From Chitinophagaceae bacterium (GTDB taxonomy: Bacteria; Bacteroidota; Bacteroidia; Chitinophagales; UBA10324): 64,000 nucleotides of DNA. Shown here one piece after another: positions 39,370 through 47,829 of the stretch (the first letter of the stretch is position 1; every line of letters starts with the position of its first letter). Below the pieces are notes generated by a model that had not been told where the DNA came from, searched no databases, and saw nothing but the letters and a program-made list of their open reading frames with translations. The DNA lies in contig JADJAG010000012.1 of the NCBI GenBank assembly GCA_016704325.1, positions 105,500-169,499 of the forward strand, read 5' to 3'. Made by a program: the position numbers and the translations under genes.

Positions 39370-39834
39370 ATGAAAAACTTGGTACAACACGGGTTTCTTT
39401 TTCTGGCTTTTTGCCCTTCTTTGCTGCTACATGCGCAAACTCCTGATATTATCTGGAAAAAATGTTTTGGTGGCAGTAACATTGATGCGGCCTATTCCGC
39501 TGATCTCACCACTGACGGCGGATATATTATTGCCGGTGGCGCTCTCTCAAGTGATGGCGACGTTACAGTAAACAAGGGATCCTTTGATTACTGGATCGTG
39601 AAATCAGATGTTTCAGCTGATTTGCAATGGCAAAAATCTTTGGGTGGAAGCGGCGAGGAAACTGCCTATTCTATTCAGCAAACTGCCGATGGTGGATATA
39701 TTGTTGCTGGATATTCCTATTCGAATGATGGGGATGTTTCGGGAAATCATGGTGGCAGCGATTATTGGATTCTAAAATTAAATGCAGCAGGAGATGTAGA
39801 ATGGCAAAAATGCCTTGGGAGGATCGGCAGATGA
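39370..39834 (+). CDS. 58-aa-repeat secreted protein, 5' part (frameshifted)
   Basis: Signal peptide present. WKKCFGG.., WQKSLGG.., WQKCLG. The frame is lost at G-run 39817-39819 (GGG where GG restores LGGSADD). Confidence 0.75.
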   Translation: MKNLVQHGFLFLAFCPSLLLHAQTPDIIWKKCFGGSNIDAAYSADLTTDGGYIIAGGALSSDGDVTVNKGSFDYWIVKSDVSADLQWQKSLGGSGEETAYSIQQTADGGYIVAGYSYSNDGDVSGNHGGSDYWILKLNAAGDVEWQKCLGRIGR

Positions 39835-40933
39835 TGTGGCTTCTTCCATCCAGCAGACCTCTGATGGCGGATTTATTGTAGCAGGATATTCTTCTTCGAA
39901 TGATTGGGATGTAACAGGTAATCATGGTCTCTCTGATTACTGGATCGTGAAGTTAGATGGCGATGGAAATATATCTTGGCAAAAGTCGCTGGGAGGAGTA
40001 AATGATGATCAGGGAGCTTCCATTCAGGAAATTTCAGGGGGCGGGTTCATAGTTGCTGGGTGGTCTGGTGTTATAGGTGCCGCTGATTATTGGATAATAA
40101 ATTTAGATGCTGATGGAAATATTGTGTGGGAAAAGTCTTATGGCGGAACCGGTAACGACCAGGCAACATCAGTCAGGCAAACCAACGATGGCGGGTTTAT
40201 TGTTGCAGGACATTCTTATTCCACAGACTCGAACATTACCAACCAAGGTGGTGCTGATTATTGGGTAGTGAAATTAGATGCAGCAGGAAATTTAACATGG
40301 CAAAAATCATTTGGGGGATCTGATGAGGATGTTGCGAATGCCATTCAGCAAACTTCAGACGGCGGATTTATTGTTGCAGGAAAATCTGAATCAGATAACG
40401 GTGACGTTAGTCCACTTTATGACAAGCACGATTTCTGGATTGTAAAATTAAGTGCGGCCGGAAGTTTATTATGGCAAAAATCCTTGGGTGGAGACAAGGA
40501 TGATGTTGCATTTTCCATTCACCAAACTTCTGACAATGGTTTTATGGTTGCAGGCTGGTCTATTTCAACGGATGGGGATATTATCGGATCGGAACCTAAT
40601 GGTTCCCGCGACTTTTGGGTAGTAAAATTATCGAGCGATATTGAGTCAGGGATTGCCTCGTTAACAAACTCTTCAATTTCAGTTTACCCCAACCCTGTTC
40701 AAAACGAGCTCATCATTAACTTAACAATACCTGTGCATAAAGTTCGCATGCAGGTATGTGACTTGCAGGGAAGGACGATTAGCATTCCGAACAATTTTCC
40801 CAACTCATCAACTGCACAAAATAATACTGTGAAAATCAATACTGCTGAGTTGTCGAATGGATTTTACACGCTAAGAATTACGGATGAAAAAACCGGTGAA
40901 AGTAAAGTCACTAAATTTGTCAAGATGCAATAG
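39815..40933 (+). CDS. 58-aa-repeat protein with T9SS CTD (continuation of 39370)
   Basis: GGSADDVASSIQQTSDGGFIVAGYSSSNDWDVTGNHGLSDYWIVKLDGDGN... repeats. CTD is VYPNPVQNELII...GFYTLRI. The TTG 'start' is a track artefact. Confidence 0.75.
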   Translation: MGGSADDVASSIQQTSDGGFIVAGYSSSNDWDVTGNHGLSDYWIVKLDGDGNISWQKSLGGVNDDQGASIQEISGGGFIVAGWSGVIGAADYWIINLDADGNIVWEKSYGGTGNDQATSVRQTNDGGFIVAGHSYSTDSNITNQGGADYWVVKLDAAGNLTWQKSFGGSDEDVANAIQQTSDGGFIVAGKSESDNGDVSPLYDKHDFWIVKLSAAGSLLWQKSLGGDKDDVAFSIHQTSDNGFMVAGWSISTDGDIIGSEPNGSRDFWVVKLSSDIESGIASLTNSSISVYPNPVQNELIINLTIPVHKVRMQVCDLQGRTISIPNNFPNSSTAQNNTVKINTAELSNGFYTLRITDEKTGESKVTKFVKMQ

Positions 40934-41351
40934 GAAGACAGCTCTTGCTTAGTTGGTATTGCGCGCCTAACACAAAGGCGCCAGGAAAAACTATAACCTG
41001 TTAGCTGCAAAGTTTTTACTTTTTTGGCGGCTTTGCAGTTTGGCGCTTGTTTTACGGTTAATATTGGAACCACCCATCCTGCCTTGCCCAATGTGTGCTA
41101 CACCAAGTGAAAATTAAATCAGCTTCTGATAGTTCAATTCGTCAGGCCGCACTTACCTGATCAATTCATTGGCAACGGACCATATACGGTAAAGAATCTT
41201 GTGTATGAAGATAATTTCATTACAGGAAATACTTTCTGTCGTATAAGAATAATCCATTCAGCAAGAGTGCGAATTTCATCTTGTTCTTGTATTGCAGGTA
41301 CTTTGTGACATAAAGTATTAATTCATCTTTCCCTGTTCTCTTTCTCCTCCT

Positions 41352-41425
41352 TCCCTGAATACAGGGAAGCACTTTTTAGCGGAATCCTGTGATGTTTACG
41401 GCCTGCACAAGAGGGCATTTTTGTA
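41352..41425 (+). promoter_or_regulatory. Promoter cassette copy E
   Basis: tccctgaatacaggga, then 48 nt (..ctttttagcggaatcctgtgatg..), then catttttgta at 41416. Confidence 0.6.
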
Positions 41426-41472
41426 TGGTAATTTTTCACACAGCACTAAATACTGTACTAAAAACTGTTCTT

Positions 41473-43482
41473 ATGAAAACACGCACCATGCTTCTCGCCA
41501 TCTTATTCGCATTAAGTAATGCTTCTGCAGAGACTGCTCCTCCTTCCATCATTTGGCAAAAACCTTTTGGCGGTAATAAAGCGGAGGAAGCCCGCTTCTT
41601 ACAACTTACACCTGATGGTGGCTGTATCTTCACAGGGTTTGCCCGCTCCATCGATGGCGATTTAACTGATAATAAAGGAGCCGATGATTTATGGGTGGTG
41701 AAGTTGGATTCCAACGGCGCAATCCAATGGCAGAAAACATTTGGCGGAACAGGGGAGGAATGGGGAAGGCATATTCAGCTCACTTCCGATGGCGGATACA
41801 TTGTGGCAGGACATACTACCACTGCAAATGACTATGACGATGTAAAAGGCAACAACGGAGGATTTGATTGCTGGATTCTGAAGCTGACCAGTACCGGAGA
41901 ACCGGAATGGCAAAGATCACTTGGTGGTTCATCGCTCGACCTGGCATACAGGGTGCAGCAAACAGCCAACGGCAATTATATCGTGTTTGGCGGAACAAAA
42001 TCCACTGATGGAGATGTGACCGAAAAAAGTACCACGGATGCAGACTATTGGATGGCGATGTTAGACCCTGCCGGAAATATGCTGTGGCAAAAACGCTACG
42101 GCGGTAGTGACCATGAAGAGGGTAGCTCACTGGAATTGACCTCCGACGGCGGTTTTATCATCTCCGGATTTTCCAATTCAAATAACGGCACAGTTGCAGG
42201 CAATCATGGTGATTTTGATGCCTATATTATTAAAACCGATATGAATGGAGATATTCAATGGTCTAAATGCTATGGCGGAAGTGCTGAAGATGCTGCAAGG
42301 GATGCACGCCAAACAACTGATGGTGGTTATATCATAACCGGTTATACGAAATCAAATGACGGCGATGTAAGTGGAAAGCACGGCGGCCAGGATGCATGGG
42401 TAGTGAAAGTAGATGCCAATGGAGCCATTCAATGGCAAAATTCACTGGGAGGATCTAATTTGGAGTATGCATATTATGTTGAACAGGCTCCCGACAACAG
42501 TGGTTACCTGGTGGCAGGTCACAGCGGTTCTGAAAATGGAGATGCTACCGCCAATCATGGATTGTATGACTGCTGGGTGCTCAAACTAAACCTTGATGGC
42601 AACCTCCTCTGGCAGAAATCACTTGGAGGCGCAGAACAGGATTATGGCAGGGCCATTACCCAAACCTATTCCGGTGATTTTTTTGTGGCAGGGTCAACCA
42701 CTTCTATTGACGGCGATGTATCGGGCAAACACAATGGTCCGGGGTCATATGATGCCTGGATTCTGAAACTAACCGGTAATTGTGTTCAACAGGCTTTTTA
42801 TCTTGATAATGATGGCGACGGATATGGAGATCCTGAAGTTTCCATGCAAGCATGTACCGGGGCGACGGGATATGTTTCCAATCATACAGATTGTGATGAC
42901 AACAACTTTCATATTCACCCATTTGCAAGGGCCATTGAAGACGCATTGGCTTTTGATTGCGATACTGTTGTATTTGAGGATTTGGATGCAATCCTGCAGC
43001 ATTCAACTATTGCATTTAACACAGAATTACCTTTTCCACCGTTTAATGCAATTGTTGATTCTTCTGAATTAATTAATGATACAACAGTAACCGGCAATAG
43101 AAGTGCAGGAAAAAATCAGGGAGTAGTACGTGAATTGAAATCGAAATCGCAAATGGAAAGCGCACCTGGTCAAAATAGGAAGAGCCCCTTCCATCCCGAT
43201 ACGTTGGCATCGAAAGTCGCCTACAGTATGCAGATAACAGAAGTCTATCCGAATCCTTTTACCACATCAGCAACGGTTTCAATTTTAATACCGGTTGCAT
43301 CGCATCTGCAAATAACACTGGCAGACCTGAACGGGAAAGCACTGCAGGTAATAGCCGATGAATACATGGCAGCAGGAAATCATGAGATTATCATTCACCG
43401 TGCTTCAAAGAGTGCAGGCATTTATTTCCTGGTATTAAGAGCGAATGGACAAATGCTGACAAAAAAGTTGGTTATTGAATAG
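41473..43482 (+). CDS. 58-aa-repeat secreted protein plus MopE-like motif plus T9SS CTD (intact)
   Basis: Starts at MKTRTMLLAILFALSNASA (the track start 41389 overlies the cassette). WQK.FGG repeats. YLDNDGDGYGD...DCDDNNFHIHP. CTD is VYPNPFTTSATV...GIYFLVL. Confidence 0.8.
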   Translation: MKTRTMLLAILFALSNASAETAPPSIIWQKPFGGNKAEEARFLQLTPDGGCIFTGFARSIDGDLTDNKGADDLWVVKLDSNGAIQWQKTFGGTGEEWGRHIQLTSDGGYIVAGHTTTANDYDDVKGNNGGFDCWILKLTSTGEPEWQRSLGGSSLDLAYRVQQTANGNYIVFGGTKSTDGDVTEKSTTDADYWMAMLDPAGNMLWQKRYGGSDHEEGSSLELTSDGGFIISGFSNSNNGTVAGNHGDFDAYIIKTDMNGDIQWSKCYGGSAEDAARDARQTTDGGYIITGYTKSNDGDVSGKHGGQDAWVVKVDANGAIQWQNSLGGSNLEYAYYVEQAPDNSGYLVAGHSGSENGDATANHGLYDCWVLKLNLDGNLLWQKSLGGAEQDYGRAITQTYSGDFFVAGSTTSIDGDVSGKHNGPGSYDAWILKLTGNCVQQAFYLDNDGDGYGDPEVSMQACTGATGYVSNHTDCDDNNFHIHPFARAIEDALAFDCDTVVFEDLDAILQHSTIAFNTELPFPPFNAIVDSSELINDTTVTGNRSAGKNQGVVRELKSKSQMESAPGQNRKSPFHPDTLASKVAYSMQITEVYPNPFTTSATVSILIPVASHLQITLADLNGKALQVIADEYMAAGNHEIIIHRASKSAGIYFLVLRANGQMLTKKLVIE

Positions 43483-43570
43483 CAGGAAGCTGCAGCAAGT
43501 GATGTTCTTATATGCATCACTTGCTGACTTTGCTTTAAACATTATACTTCAAATTTGAGGTTGAGACTAA

Positions 43571-43644
43571 TCCCTGAATTCAGGGATGCTCATTTTAGCC
43601 GGAATCAGTGATGTAATCAGGCCCCTTGTAACGTCATATTTGTA
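43571..43644 (+). promoter_or_regulatory. Promoter cassette copy D
   Basis: Perfect tccctgaattcaggga, then 48 nt (..cattttagccggaatcagtgatg..), then catatttgta at 43635. Confidence 0.65.
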
Positions 43645-43684
43645 TCGTCAAATGTTAATTAAATCATTCTAAAAACTAACCGTT

Positions 43685-43849
43685 ATGAAGAACTCCGGCA
43701 ACAATGCAATCGAAATGAATACTCGTTTTTCAGTTGATAGCAATTATGTTAAACAGTTTCTTCTTAATGCCGGAATTGAAACCGGAGCCTGGTTGCTTTC
43801 TGCCGGCTTCTTTGCAGGTATTTCCTGGCTGGCTGCAAGTATGTTTTAG
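43685..43849 (+). CDS. Small peptide P5 (54 aa), GAW-peptide family
   Basis: MKNSGNNAIEMNTRFSVDSNYVKQFLLNAGIETGAWLLSAGFFAGISWLAASMF. Not in the ORF track. Sits 40 nt after the box. Confidence 0.6.
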   Translation: MKNSGNNAIEMNTRFSVDSNYVKQFLLNAGIETGAWLLSAGFFAGISWLAASMF

Positions 43850-44067
43850 CTCAAAGCAAACGCAGCGCTCCATAAACACGATACAATGCCAGTTAGTACA
43901 ATCAAAGCACGAATTCACAAAATTATATTGATCTATTAAGTCCGATATGGATCCTAACTATTATATCACCGGTACAGAAAAAGTCAAAGCATATTTCTAT
44001 TACCCTATTTTATAGTTGACTTTTTTTGTACTTACTCAATTACCATAAAGTGTTTCAGCAGACGAGT

Positions 44068-45330
44068 CTATTGCAAAACAATGTTTCCGTCTGCATCGGT
44101 TTTTATCAGGCACATCGTAAAAATGAAGGTGCCGGAATGTTCATACCCGCCAATCAGATACCCGCCATCTTTTGTTTGTTCGACGGACACTGCGGTAAAT
44201 GCATTGAATCCTTTGAATTCTCTGTGCCATTCTTCATTAAGATCCTTACCCAGTTTAAGCAGGTACATATGGTTGCTGCTTACCAGGTAGATATCTATCA
44301 TTTCGTTGGTGGTAGCCGACATAATGTAGCCTCCATCACTGGTCTCTGCCAGTCCTCCGGCATGTCCCAAGTTCATGAAATCGGAGTAAGATCCTGATGT
44401 ATCTGATAGATTCCCCTCCATATCAAGCTGCTGTGTGTACAATGTGCCAATCAGGTCACTGATATTCGTATTAGCATACGTGCTTTTTCCTCTGGAACCA
44501 AAGAGGATGATGGAGGATTCGGATTCGGTGACGATCATTCCTTTGGTACTTATAGATTCTTTTGTATCAGTCAAAAAGGTATGCCACAGCTCATCATAAT
44601 TATTATCTAACCTTAAACAAAAACTAATGACGGGATCGGTTTCCGTAACGTCTGCATTATAGGTGGAACCACTGATCGTATAACCTTTATTGTCTTTGCA
44701 GAGGCCTCTGGTCATAATCAGTTTCCAACCCGGTATATTAAAGTCAAATACGATAGGGCTCTTAGCAACTCCATTTTCTTCAACAGGTAATACAAAGGGA
44801 TAATATTCCTTTTTATCCTTGTTCTCGATGGTTCCGGCAATCAGCAAACTACCGGATTCCGCCCTCTCGAAAAGTGGAGGCATCAGTGGACCCGATACTA
44901 AATCAGGCACGGTATAATTCTTCAGACTACCCTCGATCACTATTCCTGACGAAGCATTAATCCTGCATACGCTGATTACAGAAGCAGCGGTACCTGTTGT
45001 ACCCACAGCCATCAGGATGGAATCTGATATTGATATTGATTTCACTGTACAATAGTGAAAAGCGGGAGAAAGTGGATTTTTCCAAATGATAGTTCCTTTA
45101 CTATCACACTTAATAATGAGTGGAGGATAGCTGTTATTTTCAGGAGGAAATCCATAGACCACAAAATTACCGTCTGCTAATTGGAAAGCGCCTCCGGTTT
45201 GATAGCTGGTGTCGGATGGAAACATACGCAGGAACACGTTGGAAGGGGAAGTGAGATCAGTTGATTTGTTGCAACCCGTGGAAAGGATGCAGCATACAAG
45301 AGCAGGTAGCAGCCAGGGATAAAATTTCAT
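44068..45330 (-). CDS. Lipoprotein with degenerate 'DGGY' beta-propeller-like repeats (last gene of the STAND operon)
   Basis: Lipobox LSTGC. C-terminal ...ETSDGGYIMSATT...YLLKLGKDLNEEW...VEQTKDGGYLIGGYE...LIKTDADGNIV echoes the 58-aa repeat. Sits 3 nt from the upstream gene. Confidence 0.7.
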   Translation of the reverse strand: MKFYPWLLPALVCCILSTGCNKSTDLTSPSNVFLRMFPSDTSYQTGGAFQLADGNFVVYGFPPENNSYPPLIIKCDSKGTIIWKNPLSPAFHYCTVKSISISDSILMAVGTTGTAASVISVCRINASSGIVIEGSLKNYTVPDLVSGPLMPPLFERAESGSLLIAGTIENKDKKEYYPFVLPVEENGVAKSPIVFDFNIPGWKLIMTRGLCKDNKGYTISGSTYNADVTETDPVISFCLRLDNNYDELWHTFLTDTKESISTKGMIVTESESSIILFGSRGKSTYANTNISDLIGTLYTQQLDMEGNLSDTSGSYSDFMNLGHAGGLAETSDGGYIMSATTNEMIDIYLVSSNHMYLLKLGKDLNEEWHREFKGFNAFTAVSVEQTKDGGYLIGGYEHSGTFIFTMCLIKTDADGNIVLQ

Positions 45331-45333
45331 GGG

Positions 45334-46608
45334 TCAAAAATTTCCGTTTTTATTAGTCTTAATGATTTCAAGATAGAAATGATCGTTGCCGAAACTCTGT
45401 ATCATCGTTTGAATAGCATAATGTCCATCCGGCATAGCACAAAGGGAACCCAGGTAATCGTAATAATGATTCTGAACGAAGGAGACCGATTGAACCGTAA
45501 GATCCGGGTTAAGGCGTGCAATAAAAGAGCTTTGTTTGCCTACATAAAAGGTGCCGACTAATCGTATCGGGTTGAATCCAATCAGCAAGCCACCGTCAGT
45601 TGTCAGTACCAGGTCGGCGGCCATATTTTGGAAATCGTGTTTCAACCGTTCATAATCAATAACCTCACCGTCAGCATTAATCTTCAGAATGCGTGCACTG
45701 TTATCGTCATCTGAGTAAGCAGGAAGACCGTTTATATTGGGTAAATTATATTTTTGATTGTATGCACAGGCATAAAAATTATTATCTGCACTTGAAATGA
45801 TGTCGCTTGTAAAACAGTAATAGCCATGGTAGGTACCACTGTCTGGTCCTGTTGAAGTGTAACTGCTCGTTTCATGTACTTTGGTCCATAATGAATCCCC
45901 AAATTCATTCACCCTCAACAAGAAGAAGGAACTGATTAGCGGAACTTTTTCCTGGATACTGCCAATCATTATATAACCTGATCCGTGATCAACTTCAGCA
46001 CATCCGGTAACAGTAATTTCAGGGCCTTCCGGAAAATCGTAATGCTGCATCCAGATTTTTTGACCATCTTCTTTATTGATCTCGATTAAAAAGGCCATGC
46101 TTACTCTTTCACCGTTTTTTCTGTAAAAGACTGTTCCGCTGATCATATAGTTTCCGGCTGAATTTTTAAAGAGTTTCACTCCGAGCAAGTCTCTGAATTC
46201 CCCGGAAATAATACGTAACGGATAGGAACCGAACATTACGTTATTGGTATCCATAGTAAGCGTGATCATCCCATTTGAATAGGAGACCATCAGTATCCTG
46301 TTTTCGTCGGTGATCAGAAAATCATAGATGGTAAAATGAGTAAATTCTTTTCGCCAGATCAATTTGCCGTTTTTATCAAGCTTGATCAGTGCCGAACTGC
46401 TGTCTGCTTTATAGTCTGTGTAATTATAGGAACAATACAGATTATTGTCCTGATCAGGTCTGATTTTTCCCGGTAAGCGAGCAGGTGTATCGGAAATTAC
46501 CTTTATCCATTCTGCATCACCTGTATTTTGCCCTATGGGATCTTTTTTGCAGGAAATAAATATCAAAAATGGAATTGCAAAAAGGAACAGGATAATTAGA
46601 CGTCTCAT
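45334..46608 (-). CDS. Lipoprotein, beta-propeller-like
   Basis: Lipobox FISC. Motifs ..LIKLDKNGKLIW.., ..TTDGGLLIG... Sits 5 nt from the upstream gene. Confidence 0.65.
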   Translation of the reverse strand: MRRLIILFLFAIPFLIFISCKKDPIGQNTGDAEWIKVISDTPARLPGKIRPDQDNNLYCSYNYTDYKADSSSALIKLDKNGKLIWRKEFTHFTIYDFLITDENRILMVSYSNGMITLTMDTNNVMFGSYPLRIISGEFRDLLGVKLFKNSAGNYMISGTVFYRKNGERVSMAFLIEINKEDGQKIWMQHYDFPEGPEITVTGCAEVDHGSGYIMIGSIQEKVPLISSFFLLRVNEFGDSLWTKVHETSSYTSTGPDSGTYHGYYCFTSDIISSADNNFYACAYNQKYNLPNINGLPAYSDDDNSARILKINADGEVIDYERLKHDFQNMAADLVLTTDGGLLIGFNPIRLVGTFYVGKQSSFIARLNPDLTVQSVSFVQNHYYDYLGSLCAMPDGHYAIQTMIQSFGNDHFYLEIIKTNKNGNF

Positions 46609-46613
46609 GTTGT

Positions 46614-47627
46614 TTATTTTTTAGTCCTGTAAGCAAGCGTATAATAGGCCCCTGCATTTATTTGCAGGTTGTCCATTCTGAAATCATCGTCAATATAATA
46701 GTACTTGTAGAGGTTAATGTCATCCGCATACCTCGTTCCTTCTTTATTTACCAGGTCGGGAAAATAAGTGTACCGGACATTTGCAAATACGCCAAATGCT
46801 TTAATAGCATAACTCACACCGGCTGTTCCGAAGTAGCCGATATTGGTAGTGTTTCGCAAAGCCGTTCTGTTTACCAGATCAGTCTGATCATCACGGGTGG
46901 TAGTACTCAAGGCCTGTCCCAGAAAAGAAAAATCAACACCTGCCTGCAGGTAAGGCTTCAGGGAGCCTTGTAAAAAATAATACTTCAGCGATAGCGGCAA
47001 ATCAAAGTACGTGAGTTTTTCTTTGTATTGTACGGTGCTGTTGTTGATGCTGTCAAGCGTATGCGTGTACCTGGTTGTTCGCAGGCCGAATTCAAGTTCA
47101 ATCCACAAGTCTTTGTAGGCTCGTTTTTCTATTCCAATACCAAACTGGTAACCGGGGTTGGATTTATAACTTGCCAGTCCGGGTGCATCATCAGCGTGAA
47201 CCACAGAATACGTTTGCACCACATCAATGATGGGCCAGTTTATGCCACCGTTGATACCCAAAGCGAGGGTAGGTTCTGGCCTGAACTTTTCAAACAAAGA
47301 GGACAGCCTTGGATCATCCTTAAATTTATCAGGCGTATAGTTTGGGTTGACTTTCATTACGTCCATAGCGGAAGCATCAGCCGCTTCCAGGTTGTCAATG
47401 GATAGATAAGATAGTATCAGTAACTTGCCTGCTTCTATCCTGTCTTGCTTTGAAAGCGGACAACCTGCCAGTGTAGCATTCAATACCTTGATAGCGCGAT
47501 CAAAATTTCCGTCATCGTAATCGACTCCCGCACTTTTTAAATTCGCTATGCAGGTATCTGTTTGTGCCCGTGCGAAATTATAGTGCAATACCAGTATAAT
47601 AATTAGTAGTGAAGCTACCCGAAGCAT
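46614..47627 (-). CDS. Outer-membrane beta-barrel protein with N-terminal TPR-like helical region
   Basis: Signal peptide MLRVASLLIIILVLHYNFARAQ from ATG 47627. Helical N-domain. Then alternating-hydrophobic strands (LALGINGGI, YQFGIGIEK, WIELEFGLR, YLQAGVDFSF, GYFGTAGVSYAI, GVFANVRYTYF, LQINAGAYYTLAY). Confidence 0.6.
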   Translation of the reverse strand: MLRVASLLIIILVLHYNFARAQTDTCIANLKSAGVDYDDGNFDRAIKVLNATLAGCPLSKQDRIEAGKLLILSYLSIDNLEAADASAMDVMKVNPNYTPDKFKDDPRLSSLFEKFRPEPTLALGINGGINWPIIDVVQTYSVVHADDAPGLASYKSNPGYQFGIGIEKRAYKDLWIELEFGLRTTRYTHTLDSINNSTVQYKEKLTYFDLPLSLKYYFLQGSLKPYLQAGVDFSFLGQALSTTTRDDQTDLVNRTALRNTTNIGYFGTAGVSYAIKAFGVFANVRYTYFPDLVNKEGTRYADDINLYKYYYIDDDFRMDNLQINAGAYYTLAYRTKK

Positions 47628-47829
47628 GAAGGAGCCACAAGCCGTATACCTTATATACAATACTGAAATATTTTGACTTGTATGGTCCATATCGTATTTC
47701 AAGATTTGCTAATGATCAATTATATCCTTCAGTTTTTAGTAATCTCTAAAAACCGGCTCATTTACTACTTCCTCATTCTTTTCTCCTATCGGTTAAGAAT
47801 GAAGATTTTTTGGAGCTGCTTAAATTAAA

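Noticed and set aside
26934-40933. Programmed ribosomal frameshifting in the cargo genes
   Set aside because: The shift sites are short mononucleotide runs without a shared slippery heptamer or downstream structure. Both +1 and -1 base changes occur. Sequencing error or mutation is more parsimonious.
41389-41472. Upstream extension of the 41473 gene (MMFTACTRGHFCMVIFH...)
   Set aside because: It overlaps the cassette E spacer and box. A clean signal peptide starts at ATG 41473.
20467-43849. GAW peptides as double-glycine-leader bacteriocin/RiPP precursors
   Set aside because: ..VELGA|W resembles a GG/GA cleavage site. However, no C39-peptidase ABC exporter, immunity gene or modification enzyme is present in the window. 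This is kept only as an alternative hypothesis.
43730-43931. Two 62-65-aa ORFs (43734-43931 plus strand, 43730-43918 minus strand)
   Set aside because: They are out of frame with, or antisense to, P5, whose sequence is conserved in four other loci.
20100-44000. Prophage, ICE or genomic island with an integrase
   Set aside because: There is no integrase, recombinase, phage structural gene, conjugation gene or tRNA anchor. The only mobility gene is the single Y1 transposase.
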